A stretch of DNA of 58,944 nucleotides from Neovahlkampfia damariscottae. Taxonomy: Eukaryota. Shown here in pieces: positions 12,395 through 22,010 of this stretch. Under the pieces are notes generated by a model that was given only the letters and a program-made list of their open reading frames with translations, was not told where the DNA came from and did not search any database. The stretch covers positions 62,001-120,944 of the forward strand of contig JABLTG010000039.1 of assembly GCA_016618085.1 (NCBI GenBank), given 5' to 3'. Numbering within the stretch: the stretch's first letter is position 1; the number at the start of each line of letters is the position of its first letter. Both the position numbers and the translations under genes were made by a program.

Positions 12395-13561
12395 ATGGGC
12401 AATGTTACAGCAATTGGATCAGACCTTACACTTGATGTAGCTGAATCAATAATAGATAAATTTGATTCTGGAAAATCAACAAATCCAGTCAAAAAATTTG
12501 AAAATGAGTTAAAACAACTTGAACAAAAGTCAAAACTTTATTATGAAAAAACTAAACTTCCATCACAAAAAATACAAAAATTTTCGTTTTTTCCTTTCAT
12601 ATTTGAACGTCCAAATTCTCTAACTATGAAAATAATCAACATGGTCAACAAAGAAACATGGTTTGTTATTTTTGAAAAAGTACAAAGTTCAAAGTTTATC
12701 AATTTTTTTGAAGATGATTTAGTTTTATATGTTCACCAAGGTAATGATTCATCTGTTTCAATATTTGAACTTGAGATTCAAAAATCTGATCAAGATTCAC
12801 TTGAAATTAATGATAAAACATATTTAGCTAAAAAAGTATCACAAGAATTCCCTTTACAGGATGAAAATATTTATTTTCGTTTTTTTAGATTTAACAAAAA
12901 TCTTGCAATTTCCAGTGATGAAGGCTTAAAGATGTATGATGAAAAAACTGGCGAATTATTGAGCTATGATTTGGAAATATCTGGAAGGGTCATTCCAACT
13001 TTGAATGAAGAGTATCTCTACCTTCCAGCAATGTATTGGTATAATATGGGATTGAATGAGATGACCACACTCAAAAAGATCAAAAATGACGAATTTAGAA
13101 ACACTATGATTGGATTTCAAACAATTTCTAACAATGGTGAATATTTGTTGAAGGTTGATTATGGGGCATCGATTATCAAAGTTTATCAAATGTCAATGAT
13201 GAAAACTGACTTGAATTCTCTATTCAAGAAATCTATCATTGAATTTTCTTTGATCAATAATATTGTCAATGTTAACTTCTCATATGATTCAAATTATGTT
13301 ATTGTTATTTGTTGGATGGATTCAAGTTGCGAAAATTATGAACTTTTTATTTTTTCAATTGAAGAAAAAAAATTTGTTCTCTATGTTCCTGATTCGAAAG
13401 AAGAAGATTTTTTTTCTTATGAAAATTATTTATTTCTTGGGAATACATGTGATGATGATGAAATTAACGCAAAATATATGATGAAGTTACATATTCCTGA
13501 TCACAAAATCAAATCAATTAAAAATGATCATTTTAGAGATTTGCAATTTAAATTTGAGTAA
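12395..13561 (+). CDS. Uncharacterised beta-propeller-like protein, paralog A
   Basis: 388-aa intronless ORF starting MGNVTAIGSD, blade-like FSYDSNYVIV, ending FRDLQFKFE. Confidence 0.7.
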   Translation: MGNVTAIGSDLTLDVAESIIDKFDSGKSTNPVKKFENELKQLEQKSKLYYEKTKLPSQKIQKFSFFPFIFERPNSLTMKIINMVNKETWFVIFEKVQSSKFINFFEDDLVLYVHQGNDSSVSIFELEIQKSDQDSLEINDKTYLAKKVSQEFPLQDENIYFRFFRFNKNLAISSDEGLKMYDEKTGELLSYDLEISGRVIPTLNEEYLYLPAMYWYNMGLNEMTTLKKIKNDEFRNTMIGFQTISNNGEYLLKVDYGASIIKVYQMSMMKTDLNSLFKKSIIEFSLINNIVNVNFSYDSNYVIVICWMDSSCENYELFIFSIEEKKFVLYVPDSKEEDFFSYENYLFLGNTCDDDEINAKYMMKLHIPDHKIKSIKNDHFRDLQFKFE

Positions 13562-13603
13562 AGATTCGATTTGTAAAAGTGAAATTTTGAATATTTTGAT
13601 TTC

Positions 13604-13713
13604 TTTATTTCATTTAAATGTATCTGCTATCTTAAAACTGACTTTTCTGTTCATTCTGATTAATCAAGGTTTCTTTTGGGATAGGACCGTCGCCAGCAGT
13701 ACTGGCAGTTTTT
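13604..13713 (-). ncRNA. Candidate omegaRNA (scaffold plus flank-derived guide), copy 1, with 18-nt deletion
   Basis: Conserved structured 3' end overlapping the ORF tail; identity with copy 2 stops a few nt past the stop codon. Confidence 0.5.
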
Positions 13714-14036
13714 GGATTTCCAATAAAATTTTGTATATTCATCAGAAATATATTTCTTGCTCCATTATAATCTCTTGGAAGAGAAAAATTACAATATTTA
13801 CAATTGAAATGATCTTTTTTTCCAAGTTTCCAATCTATTTTTCCACATGATCCACATGTACAACTGGTATAATGTTCTGAAACTTCATGTACTTGAACAG
13901 AATCTTTTTGAGCAAGATGTTTTAGTGTTTGACGAAATTGAAAATGAGACCAATGAAGCATTTTTCTCACTGTTGTACTATGAATTTTTCTTTCCCATTT
14001 TTTAATCATTCCTTTGACTGGAAATTTTGAAATCAA
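13632..14036 (-). pseudogene. Truncated Fanzor2/TnpB nuclease (C-terminal part only)
   Basis: NDEILISKF, WSHFQFRQTL, VSEHYTSCTCGSCG, CKYC, RDYNGARNI; in-frame TAG about 35 nt upstream, no RuvC-I or N-terminal lobe. Confidence 0.85.
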
Positions 14037-14071
14037 AATTTCATCATTCGAGATCTTTTTCAGTATTTTCT

Positions 14072-14116
14072 AGTTGAACAAAAGGTCTTTTTTGTTCAAC
14101 TTGAACAACTTCAAGT
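14072..14116. repeat. Overlapping inverted repeats, candidate left-end subterminal motifs
   Basis: AGTTGAACAAAA-ggtctt-TTTTGTTCAACT (12-bp stem, 14072-14101) and ACTTGAA-caac-TTCAAGT (14099-14116). Confidence 0.7.
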
Positions 14117-14257
14117 AAAAATAACTGGCAAAATTAAATCTAATTGACCACTTTTATCACAATAACCATCAATTCATTAGCCGTTAATCTTGAAAAACAA
14201 AATGATTGGTTATTTTGATTGTGGATATTCTTAGCACAACTTCACATCAATTGCAAG

Positions 14258-15388
14258 ATGGGCAATATAACAGCAATTGGATCAGACGTTTCAATTGATG
14301 CAGTTGAATCCATAGTTGATTCTGGAAATACTAACATTGTATTACAAAAATATGATAACGAAATAAAACAATTGGAACAAAAATCAAAACTATATTTTAA
14401 AAAAGAAACAATTATACTCCAAAAAATGACATTAAAATCAGATTCACCTTTAACTTACGAACTAAAAAATGAAAGTACAATACATATATTCAATATCCTC
14501 AACAATACTTGTTATAAAGTCTTTTTTCAAAAAAGATTCCTTCATGAAGTGTTTGATTTAGAATTTTTCGAAAAGGATTTAGTGTTATACATTTATGATA
14601 CAACTGTTGTTTCAATTTATAAATTGACTCAAAAATCGAATGAACAATGTGATAAATATTTGGCCCAACTATCTGCTGAGATTTTTCCTTCAGAGAATGG
14701 AAGTCAAACTTATTCTCTTTTTAGATTTGAAAAAAAACTTGTTATATCTCATTTAGAAGGTAATTTAGATTTTTATGATGAAAAAACTGGTGATTTATTG
14801 AAAACAAATTCAAATTGTATTGGAAATCTCACTAAAACCTTGAATGAAGACTTTATTTATTCGAAAGGTTTTTGTTGGTATGATATGAGTTACGAAGAAA
14901 TGAATCAAAATTCAAAAACCATCCCTGGATTTCATTCAATTTCTAATGACGGAAATTATATTTTACAGGTTGATTATTTCAAATCATTAGTCAAAATATA
15001 TCAAACTAACTCATTGAGAACTGAATTGACTTCTCATTCAGACAACTTCATGATTCAATTTTCATTAATCAATGAAATCACCACAATTGAATTTTCTTAT
15101 GATTCAAAATATATAATTGTAATTTGTTCTATGGATAAGAAAAATTCAAATTTTTTTTCTATTTATGAACTTTTTATTTACTCAATTGAAGAAAAGAAAT
15201 TTGTTTTATACATTCCTGATTTGGATAAAAACACATTTAGATCTTTTGAAAATTATTTGTTAATGGGAACAAAATATGGGAGCGAGCAACTCAAAGCATA
15301 CAGTCTGAAATTAACTTTACACATTCCAAATCACAAGATCAAATCCACTCAACTTTGTTTTAGAGATTTACAATTCAAGTTTAAATAA
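14258..15388 (+). CDS. Uncharacterised beta-propeller-like protein, paralog B
   Basis: Starts MGNITAIGSD, shares KQLEQKSKLY, YDEKTG, FSYDS, IEEKKFVLY and FRDLQFKF with paralog A. Confidence 0.7.
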   Translation: MGNITAIGSDVSIDAVESIVDSGNTNIVLQKYDNEIKQLEQKSKLYFKKETIILQKMTLKSDSPLTYELKNESTIHIFNILNNTCYKVFFQKRFLHEVFDLEFFEKDLVLYIYDTTVVSIYKLTQKSNEQCDKYLAQLSAEIFPSENGSQTYSLFRFEKKLVISHLEGNLDFYDEKTGDLLKTNSNCIGNLTKTLNEDFIYSKGFCWYDMSYEEMNQNSKTIPGFHSISNDGNYILQVDYFKSLVKIYQTNSLRTELTSHSDNFMIQFSLINEITTIEFSYDSKYIIVICSMDKKNSNFFSIYELFIYSIEEKKFVLYIPDLDKNTFRSFENYLLMGTKYGSEQLKAYSLKLTLHIPNHKIKSTQLCFRDLQFKFK

Positions 15389-15420
15389 AATTCATGATTA
15401 TTCACAAAAAAGAATTATAT

Positions 15421-16473
15421 TTAAATGGATTGATTTTCACTGCTCAATTTCGATTTTTTTTCTGTTGAATTCTCTTGAACTTCATCCATGTTTTTTCTCT
15501 TTTTATTGTCATTTCTTGAGATTTTCTCTAATTTCAAAAAATGTTCAAATCCATTATCAATTCCACTTTTTATCAGTTTTGCATTTGCAATAACATCATC
15601 CAATGCACAATGAAATTTTTCATTAATACTTCTGTGATGTTCACATTTATCATCGTGTTCAACGAATCTGGCAGCCTGATGTTCAACATGACATAAATGG
15701 TCAATTTGCATATCTAAATCATACATTCCAACCACTTCATACAATTCAAAAATATGTAAATTTAAATTCCAATTCAATCTTCTTGATATCCAATCAAATG
15801 TCTTAATTTCTGTCAAAGTGTTTTTTGCGAATAAAATTGGAATTGAATGATCATAATCAATGAAATTTAGAAAATTATTCATTATTGTTTTTAAACTCTC
15901 ACTTGTTAATTTTTGCATTTTTCTGAATGGCAAACCATGAATATGTTTTTCTGAATATTTACCAAGATAGGAAAAAGCAAGTGGATTTATGAATGCATGG
16001 AATTTTTCAACAATTTCACCTGTTTTTGCGTTTATTTTAACGCATCCAATTTCAACTGGAAAAAAGTCTTCTTCAATTGAATAAGCAAGTTCAAAATCAA
16101 CAGAATAAATGAATTCTAGTTGTTTTATATCTGGAACTAATTTTGGTTTGTATTCTGGTCCAAAATATTCTTTCTTGGAATCAAAATTATTTGCCAGTCT
16201 CACACCAATAATTTTTTTTTTTTCCCCTCGTTTCCGAAATGGTTGCCCACAAGTTTGAAAAATTTCAGGATATTTTTTCAGAAATACATCCAAACTTTGT
16301 GATTTGATTAATTTTGATTTTTCTTCTTCTGACAAATAATTAAAAACTTTTTTCAATGATGATGTTTTATCTTTTGGAATATTTTCTGCAAAACCTTTGA
16401 AAAATACTGGATCTATATATTTTTCATTTTCAATCATTTTTGGAATCAGTTTGATTGTTTCATTCTTTTTCAT
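15421..16473 (-). CDS. Maelstrom-like DEDDh nuclease with N-terminal LOTUS/winged-helix-like segment
   Basis: VDFE, FFPVEIG, FHAFINP, HIHGLP, CEHH....FHCALDD; N-terminal SLDVFLKKYPEIF. Confidence 0.7.
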   Translation of the reverse strand: MKKNETIKLIPKMIENEKYIDPVFFKGFAENIPKDKTSSLKKVFNYLSEEEKSKLIKSQSLDVFLKKYPEIFQTCGQPFRKRGEKKKIIGVRLANNFDSKKEYFGPEYKPKLVPDIKQLEFIYSVDFELAYSIEEDFFPVEIGCVKINAKTGEIVEKFHAFINPLAFSYLGKYSEKHIHGLPFRKMQKLTSESLKTIMNNFLNFIDYDHSIPILFAKNTLTEIKTFDWISRRLNWNLNLHIFELYEVVGMYDLDMQIDHLCHVEHQAARFVEHDDKCEHHRSINEKFHCALDDVIANAKLIKSGIDNGFEHFLKLEKISRNDNKKRKNMDEVQENSTEKKSKLSSENQSI

Positions 16474-16691
16474 TGCTGCTTTTTTTTGTGGCAAAATTGA
16501 GTGATGTGATTGGTTAGGTTTTCTTCAAACTGTTTATTGGCTAAAAAATCCATTTTAAAATATAATTATTATTCTTCTATTTCTTGAAGTAACAAATGCC
16601 AATATTTAATGGTTTCATGAACAAATTATGTTTCAAGAGATAATTCTTAATTTGAAGCAACTCAAAAGAGGTGCACCAAAAAAAACAAAAT

Positions 16692-19121
16692 TTATTTAGC
16701 CAATTCATTTCCAGAAATAGTATTGAAAATTAATTCATCATTTTTTAATAAAATCTCAATTCTTGAATTTTTTTTCAAATTTCCTTGTAATAATATTTTT
16801 GAAAGTGGGTTCAAAATGTATTGTTGAATTCCTCTTCTCAATGGTCTTGCTCCATATTTTTGATCATAACTCAAATTACAAATCCAAGTTTTAACATCAT
16901 CTGATAGGATCAATTCAACATCCATATTTCCTAATCTTTGTCTTGTTTCTTCAAGTTCAATATCAACAATTTTTCTCAAATTTTCTTTTGTTAAACGATT
17001 GAAAAGAATGAATTCATCAATTCTATTCAAAAATTCAGGTGCAAAATGAGATTGAAGTTGTTTCATCACAGCATCATAAGCAAAAGAAGAAGGAATTCCA
17101 TCTTCTAATTTTGCAAGAACATGAGCACCAATATTACTTGTTAAAATGATAATGGTGTTTTTAAAGTTAACTTTTCTTCCTTGTGAATCTGTCAAATGAC
17201 CATCATCTAACATTTGTAAAAGTAAATTTGAAACTTCTTTATGAGCTTTTTCGAATTCATCAAAAAGTACAATTTGATAAGGTCTTCTTCTGACACTTTC
17301 TGTCAGAACTCCACCTTCTTCGTATCCAATGTAACCAGGAGGAGCTCCAATTAACCTTGTTACCGAAAATTTCTCCATATATTCACTCATATCAATTCTC
17401 AACATTGCATCTTCACTGTCAAACATAAATTTTGCAAGTTGTTTTGCAAGCTTGGTTTTACCAACACCAGTAGGTCCCAAGAACAAAAATGAAGCAATTG
17501 GTCGATTTGGATTACCCAATCCTGATCTACTGATTCTCACAGCATTGGAAATTGATTTTACAGCATCATCTTGTCCAATAATTGATTTTTGAATCATTTC
17601 CTCCATATGCAAAAGTTTTTCTTGCTCACCCATTTCTAAATCAGATTGAGGAATATCTAGTAAAATTTTTGAGTAATCCAAAAGAGTTACTTGTTGTTTT
17701 TGAGACAACGTATGAAATATGTTTTGCTGTGACAGCGTCACTTAATAATGAAGTTGTATCACTATCAAAATCTTCTGTTGGAAGTTCTGATTCCATTGCA
17801 GGAATTTCAACATATTTTAATTTTCCAGCTTCTTCATATCTTCCTTCTCTTTCTGCTTTTTCTAAATCAAATCTAGCTTTTTCTAATCTTGCTTTGATTT
17901 CTTTACTTTTCAAAAGTTTATCCTTTTCTTCTCTCCAAACTTCAGTTAATCTTGCAGATTCTTTTTGTTTCTTTTCAAGTGATTTTTGAAGTTCGTTTCT
18001 TTTTTCAATTGATTTTGGATCTTTTTCTTTTTTTAATGCTTCTAACTCAATTGATATAGTTGCAATTGCTCTGTCAATAATTTCAAGTGATTCAGGTTTA
18101 CTCTCTTGTTGTAATCTCAATGAGGCAGCAGCTTCATCTAATAAATCAATTGATTTATCCGGTTGGAATCTATCTGCAATATAACGATCTGATTGAACTA
18201 CAGCTGCAACAACAGCTGAATCTAAAATTCTGACACCATGATGAATTTCTAATTTTTCTTTAATTCCTCTTAACATTGTGATCGTATCAACAACATCTGG
18301 TTCTGAAACAAATACAGGTTGAAATCTACGTGCTAAAGCTGCATCTTTCTCAATATAACGTCTATATTCATTTAATGTCGTTGCTCCAATACAATGTAAA
18401 TCTCCACGTGCCAATGCAGGTTTTAACATATTCGAAGCATCCATTCCATCACCACCTCCAGTTGAACCAGCACCAACTAAAGTGTGGAGTTCATCAATGA
18501 ATAAAATAGCTTCTCCTTGTAACTCATTTATATCTCTTAAAACAGCTGTAAGTCTTTCTTCAAATTCTCCTCTGAATTTTGAACCTGCAACTAACATTCC
18601 TAAATCAAGTGAATAAACTTGACAATTTTTGATTGAGTCAGGTACATCTCCAGCAACAATTCTTTGGGCTAATCTCTTTAAAAAATGAATAATAAAAAAA
18701 AATTACTTCAATGATGGCTGTCTGTTGTTTTATGAATAAAATTTAATTGTTACCTTTCCCACACCTGCTTCTCCGATTAATACAGGGTTATTTTTTCTTC
18801 TTCTAGTTAAAACTTGGATAGTTCTTCGTATAACATCTAAAACAATTAATGTTAAAAAAACTCACCTGATCTTCCAATAACAGGATCTAGTTTTCCTTCT
18901 TTTGCTAACTTTGTCATATTTACAGAGTACTTTTCAAGATACTCTCCTTTTACTTCTTTTCCTGGTACTTGATTTTCAGGATTAACCCATTTTGTGTAAT
19001 TAAATCTTTGAGTGTTGTTAACAAATGGATTTGTTTGAAATTTTTTTGGTGTAACACTTAAAGTGATTAAACTTTTATGAAGTTGATTTTTTTTGAGGAG
19101 TTGTGGGACGAACCTCTTCAT
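16692..19121 (-). CDS. HSP78: ClpB/Hsp78-type AAA+ disaggregase, probably mitochondrial, multi-exon
   Basis: [46 protein letters not shown]; basic presequence and no N-domain. Confidence 0.92.
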
Positions 19122-19717
19122 CAAATGTTTTTGAAAATTTGAAGAAAATGATTGGTGGGAATTTTTGATAATTGATAAAATGAATTCCGAATTCCGATCA
19201 AAATTCCTTGTTTCATTCATAACTTAATACAGAAAAATAATAAGCTACAACGGAGATAATGAAAAATGCTGGTCTCCTTGCACACAAGAAAACGGATTGG
19301 AGTCTTTTTTCCTTCGAACTCACTAGATTTTCAAGATAGTTAATTAAACCAAAAGTTATTGTTTTATAAAGATTCCTCTCCAACGTCTTATATGTTGTCG
19401 ACATCATTCTATACTGCGAACTCTCAGTAAATCAGAAAAGGAACCGGGTAGCAAATTCAAAAATTTTTATTTCGAATTTCCTGAAAAGAAGGATCATCAT
19501 TTTCCAATTAACGAGAAAAATCTTTCATCCAGCCAATTCCAAATTGGAAAAGACAAAATTAAAGGAGTTTGTTAATTAATATCATGATAATGTTAACGTG
19601 ACATATTTTTAAGTTTGAACTATAAATCACAGGGCATTCCTACGTATTTTTTGTCCATTAATCAGCAAGTCCTTCGGATAAATCGCTGATTGGACCGGAC
19701 TTTGGCAAATCAAATTG

Positions 19718-20368
19718 ATGTCAACACTTTTTCACTTTCTTGCAGCACTCAACTTTGTTGGGCAACAAATATTTGTACGCTCAGTATTACCTTCAAACAA
19801 TCTATTCAGAGTAAATCCACTTGGATCAGTTTTCTTGACGAACCAAGCAAATCAACTATTGACACTTTATTTTTGCTTAAATTTTTTCTCATCAATAACA
19901 CAGAATGAAAAATTAAAAACCAAATTGAATAATTATTCAGGTATACTATTTACACTTGGAACTTTTGTTTGTTTTGCTTATTATGGTTTAGTTCATCATG
20001 CAAAAGAAGTTCAATCAAAAATTGCAACCATTCCATATTTTGGATTAGTAATGCTTTGGACACATGGAATATCTTTCGTATTTGTCTTAATTGATCTCAT
20101 CATCAAATCAAAAAATGGTGAAAAGTTGAATATGAAAAGAGATGCAAAATACTCTTTGATATATTTTATTTTTTACATCACTTATAGTTTAATTTTATTC
20201 AATTTCAACAGAGTCTGGCCATATCCATTTCAAAATGAATTAACTGTCTTTCAAACAATTGTTTTCGATGTTATTGTTTTGATTTCAATTGTAGTTGTTT
20301 CTCTATTGTCAAATCTATTCAACAGAATATTGATCAAAATGTTGCATTCTGAAGAAAAACTTGAATAA
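19718..20368 (+). CDS. FAR-17a/AIG1-like membrane protein
   Basis: Multiple TM segments, FLTNQ, WTHG, WPYPFQ motifs. Confidence 0.7.
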   Translation: MSTLFHFLAALNFVGQQIFVRSVLPSNNLFRVNPLGSVFLTNQANQLLTLYFCLNFFSSITQNEKLKTKLNNYSGILFTLGTFVCFAYYGLVHHAKEVQSKIATIPYFGLVMLWTHGISFVFVLIDLIIKSKNGEKLNMKRDAKYSLIYFIFYITYSLILFNFNRVWPYPFQNELTVFQTIVFDVIVLISIVVVSLLSNLFNRILIKMLHSEEKLE

Positions 20369-20425
20369 AATTTTATCCAATCAAATCAGTTTTCCTTTTC
20401 CTTATTGTTGACAAAGTTCAAAGGA

Positions 20426-21034
20426 ATGAGTTCAGTTCGTGAGTTTAAAGTTCTACTAATAGGAGACGGAGGTGTTGGAAAAACAACTTTTATCAAAAGA
20501 CAGCTGACAGGTGAATTTGAGAAGATATATATTGCTACTTGTTCAATTGATCAATACAGTATCACTTTCACAACAAACAAGGGAAACATCAAATTAGTTT
20601 TTTCAGATACACCCGGAAATGAAAAGTTTCAACCAGAAGGAGGATTTAGTTTTTTATCAATGAATGATTACGATGCTGTCATGATCATGATAGATGTTTG
20701 GTCAATAAAAAATTCAAAGAAGTATTTAAATATTGCAAATGAATACTGCCCTTCAGTTCCAATAGTAGTTTCTGTGAATAAAGTGGATTTAGATAACAAG
20801 ATAAAAATAGAACAACAAGATACTATTGTATTGTCATGTTTGAAGAATTACAATATGGATAAGCCAATCATTAAATTATTGCGGAAAATATGCAATGATA
20901 AGGATTTAAAACTCGTTGAAGGATATATTCCTCCATTTATTCCAGAAATGAATTCTGAATTAATAGATCAGTATCAAAAAGAGTTGGAATTAGCTTTGGC
21001 AATAACTCTACCAGAAGAAGATGATGATTTTTGA
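20426..21034 (+). CDS. Divergent Ran-like GTPase, intronless
   Basis: GDGGVGKTTFIKR.LTGEFEK.YIAT, NKVD, acidic tail LPEEDDDF; DTPGNE replaces DTAGQE. Confidence 0.85.
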   Translation: MSSVREFKVLLIGDGGVGKTTFIKRQLTGEFEKIYIATCSIDQYSITFTTNKGNIKLVFSDTPGNEKFQPEGGFSFLSMNDYDAVMIMIDVWSIKNSKKYLNIANEYCPSVPIVVSVNKVDLDNKIKIEQQDTIVLSCLKNYNMDKPIIKLLRKICNDKDLKLVEGYIPPFIPEMNSELIDQYQKELELALAITLPEEDDDF

Positions 21035-21150
21035 ATTTATTGAACTAATAAAAATCGAACATTTCAATTTGTCTTTCAATTTTACCAATGAAATTAGAAT
21101 TAATCCTGAATGATGAAATTGCAGTTCCTGTATTCAGAAATACGTAAATT

Positions 21151-21949
21151 TTATTCAATAATTCCACAATCATCTATTAAAACCTCTTTCACTGGACCAT
21201 TGTACATATCAGTTTTGATGTGCTCAATTTTTTTAACCAATTCCATTCCTTCTTTAAATTATAAAATTGTAAGTGGTTTCAAAAAGTTTAAATACCTAAT
21301 ACTTTTCCAAAAACAACATGTCTTTGATTTAACCATGATGTTTCGGCGGTTGTGATAAAAAATTGTGAACCATTTGCTGAAAAAAAAAATTAGATTTTTC
21401 GAAATTAGAAACTTACTTCCTGGACCTGCGTTAGCCATTGATAAACATCCTTTGAATAATTAATCGAAATACAGAAACTCACCTGGAAAATGTGCAATTT
21501 TGAAGTTTTCTGTGAATAGAGATTAAAAACAAAAAATTTACCATCAGCAAAATGACGACCATAAATTGAATAACCTCCTGTGCCATTTCTATTTTCGAAA
21601 TCTCCTGATTGTATCATAAATCCTTTAATTACACGATGGAAAATTGTTTTGTGATAAGATTGTTTTGATTTTGGATCACATCTTTGTTTAAAATTTTCAA
21701 CTGTTTTCGGAACAATATCGTCAAACAATCCAATAATTATTTTTCCTTGATTTTTTCCTCCTATTGAAATTGAAAAGAAAATTTTCGTTTTCACTGCCAA
21801 TTCCTTTCAAAGTTGTTAATTTTTTTTTTTTTTACATTAAGAGGTAGATAAGAATGTGGTTTGAACATAATCTTTCTTAACTTGTTTAATATGTAAAATA
21901 CAACAAAGACTGCTGCAGTTTTTACCAACCAGAGAACAAACGCATTCAT
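21151..21949 (-). CDS. Cyclophilin-type peptidyl-prolyl isomerase with N-terminal hydrophobic anchor, multi-exon
   Basis: [50 protein letters not shown]. Confidence 0.9.
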
Positions 21950-22010
21950 GAAACAAACAGGAAACAAATAGATGATTGGAAGAATAAAACAAAAATAAAT
22001 TTTCAACTTT

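Larger units (their letters stand above)
13624..14183 (-). mobile_element. Fanzor2/TnpB-like (IS607-type) element, copy 1, internally deleted/non-autonomous
   Basis: About 425 bp near-identical to 58493-58944; encodes the TnpB-type C-terminus; hairpins at 14072-14116; left boundary inferred. Confidence 0.8.

Noticed and set aside
13524..13850. Plus-strand 108-aa ORF over the Fanzor tail, and the many short antisense ORFs in the track
   Set aside because: Shadow frames of real genes with no motifs
17641..17741. Apparent programmed frameshift in ClpB
   Set aside because: A short GTAACT...ACTAG intron restores the frame
19400..19510. U3/box C-D snoRNA-like words (ATCATTCTATA, ATGATGA on minus)
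   Set aside because: No complete box set or terminal stem could be identified by eye
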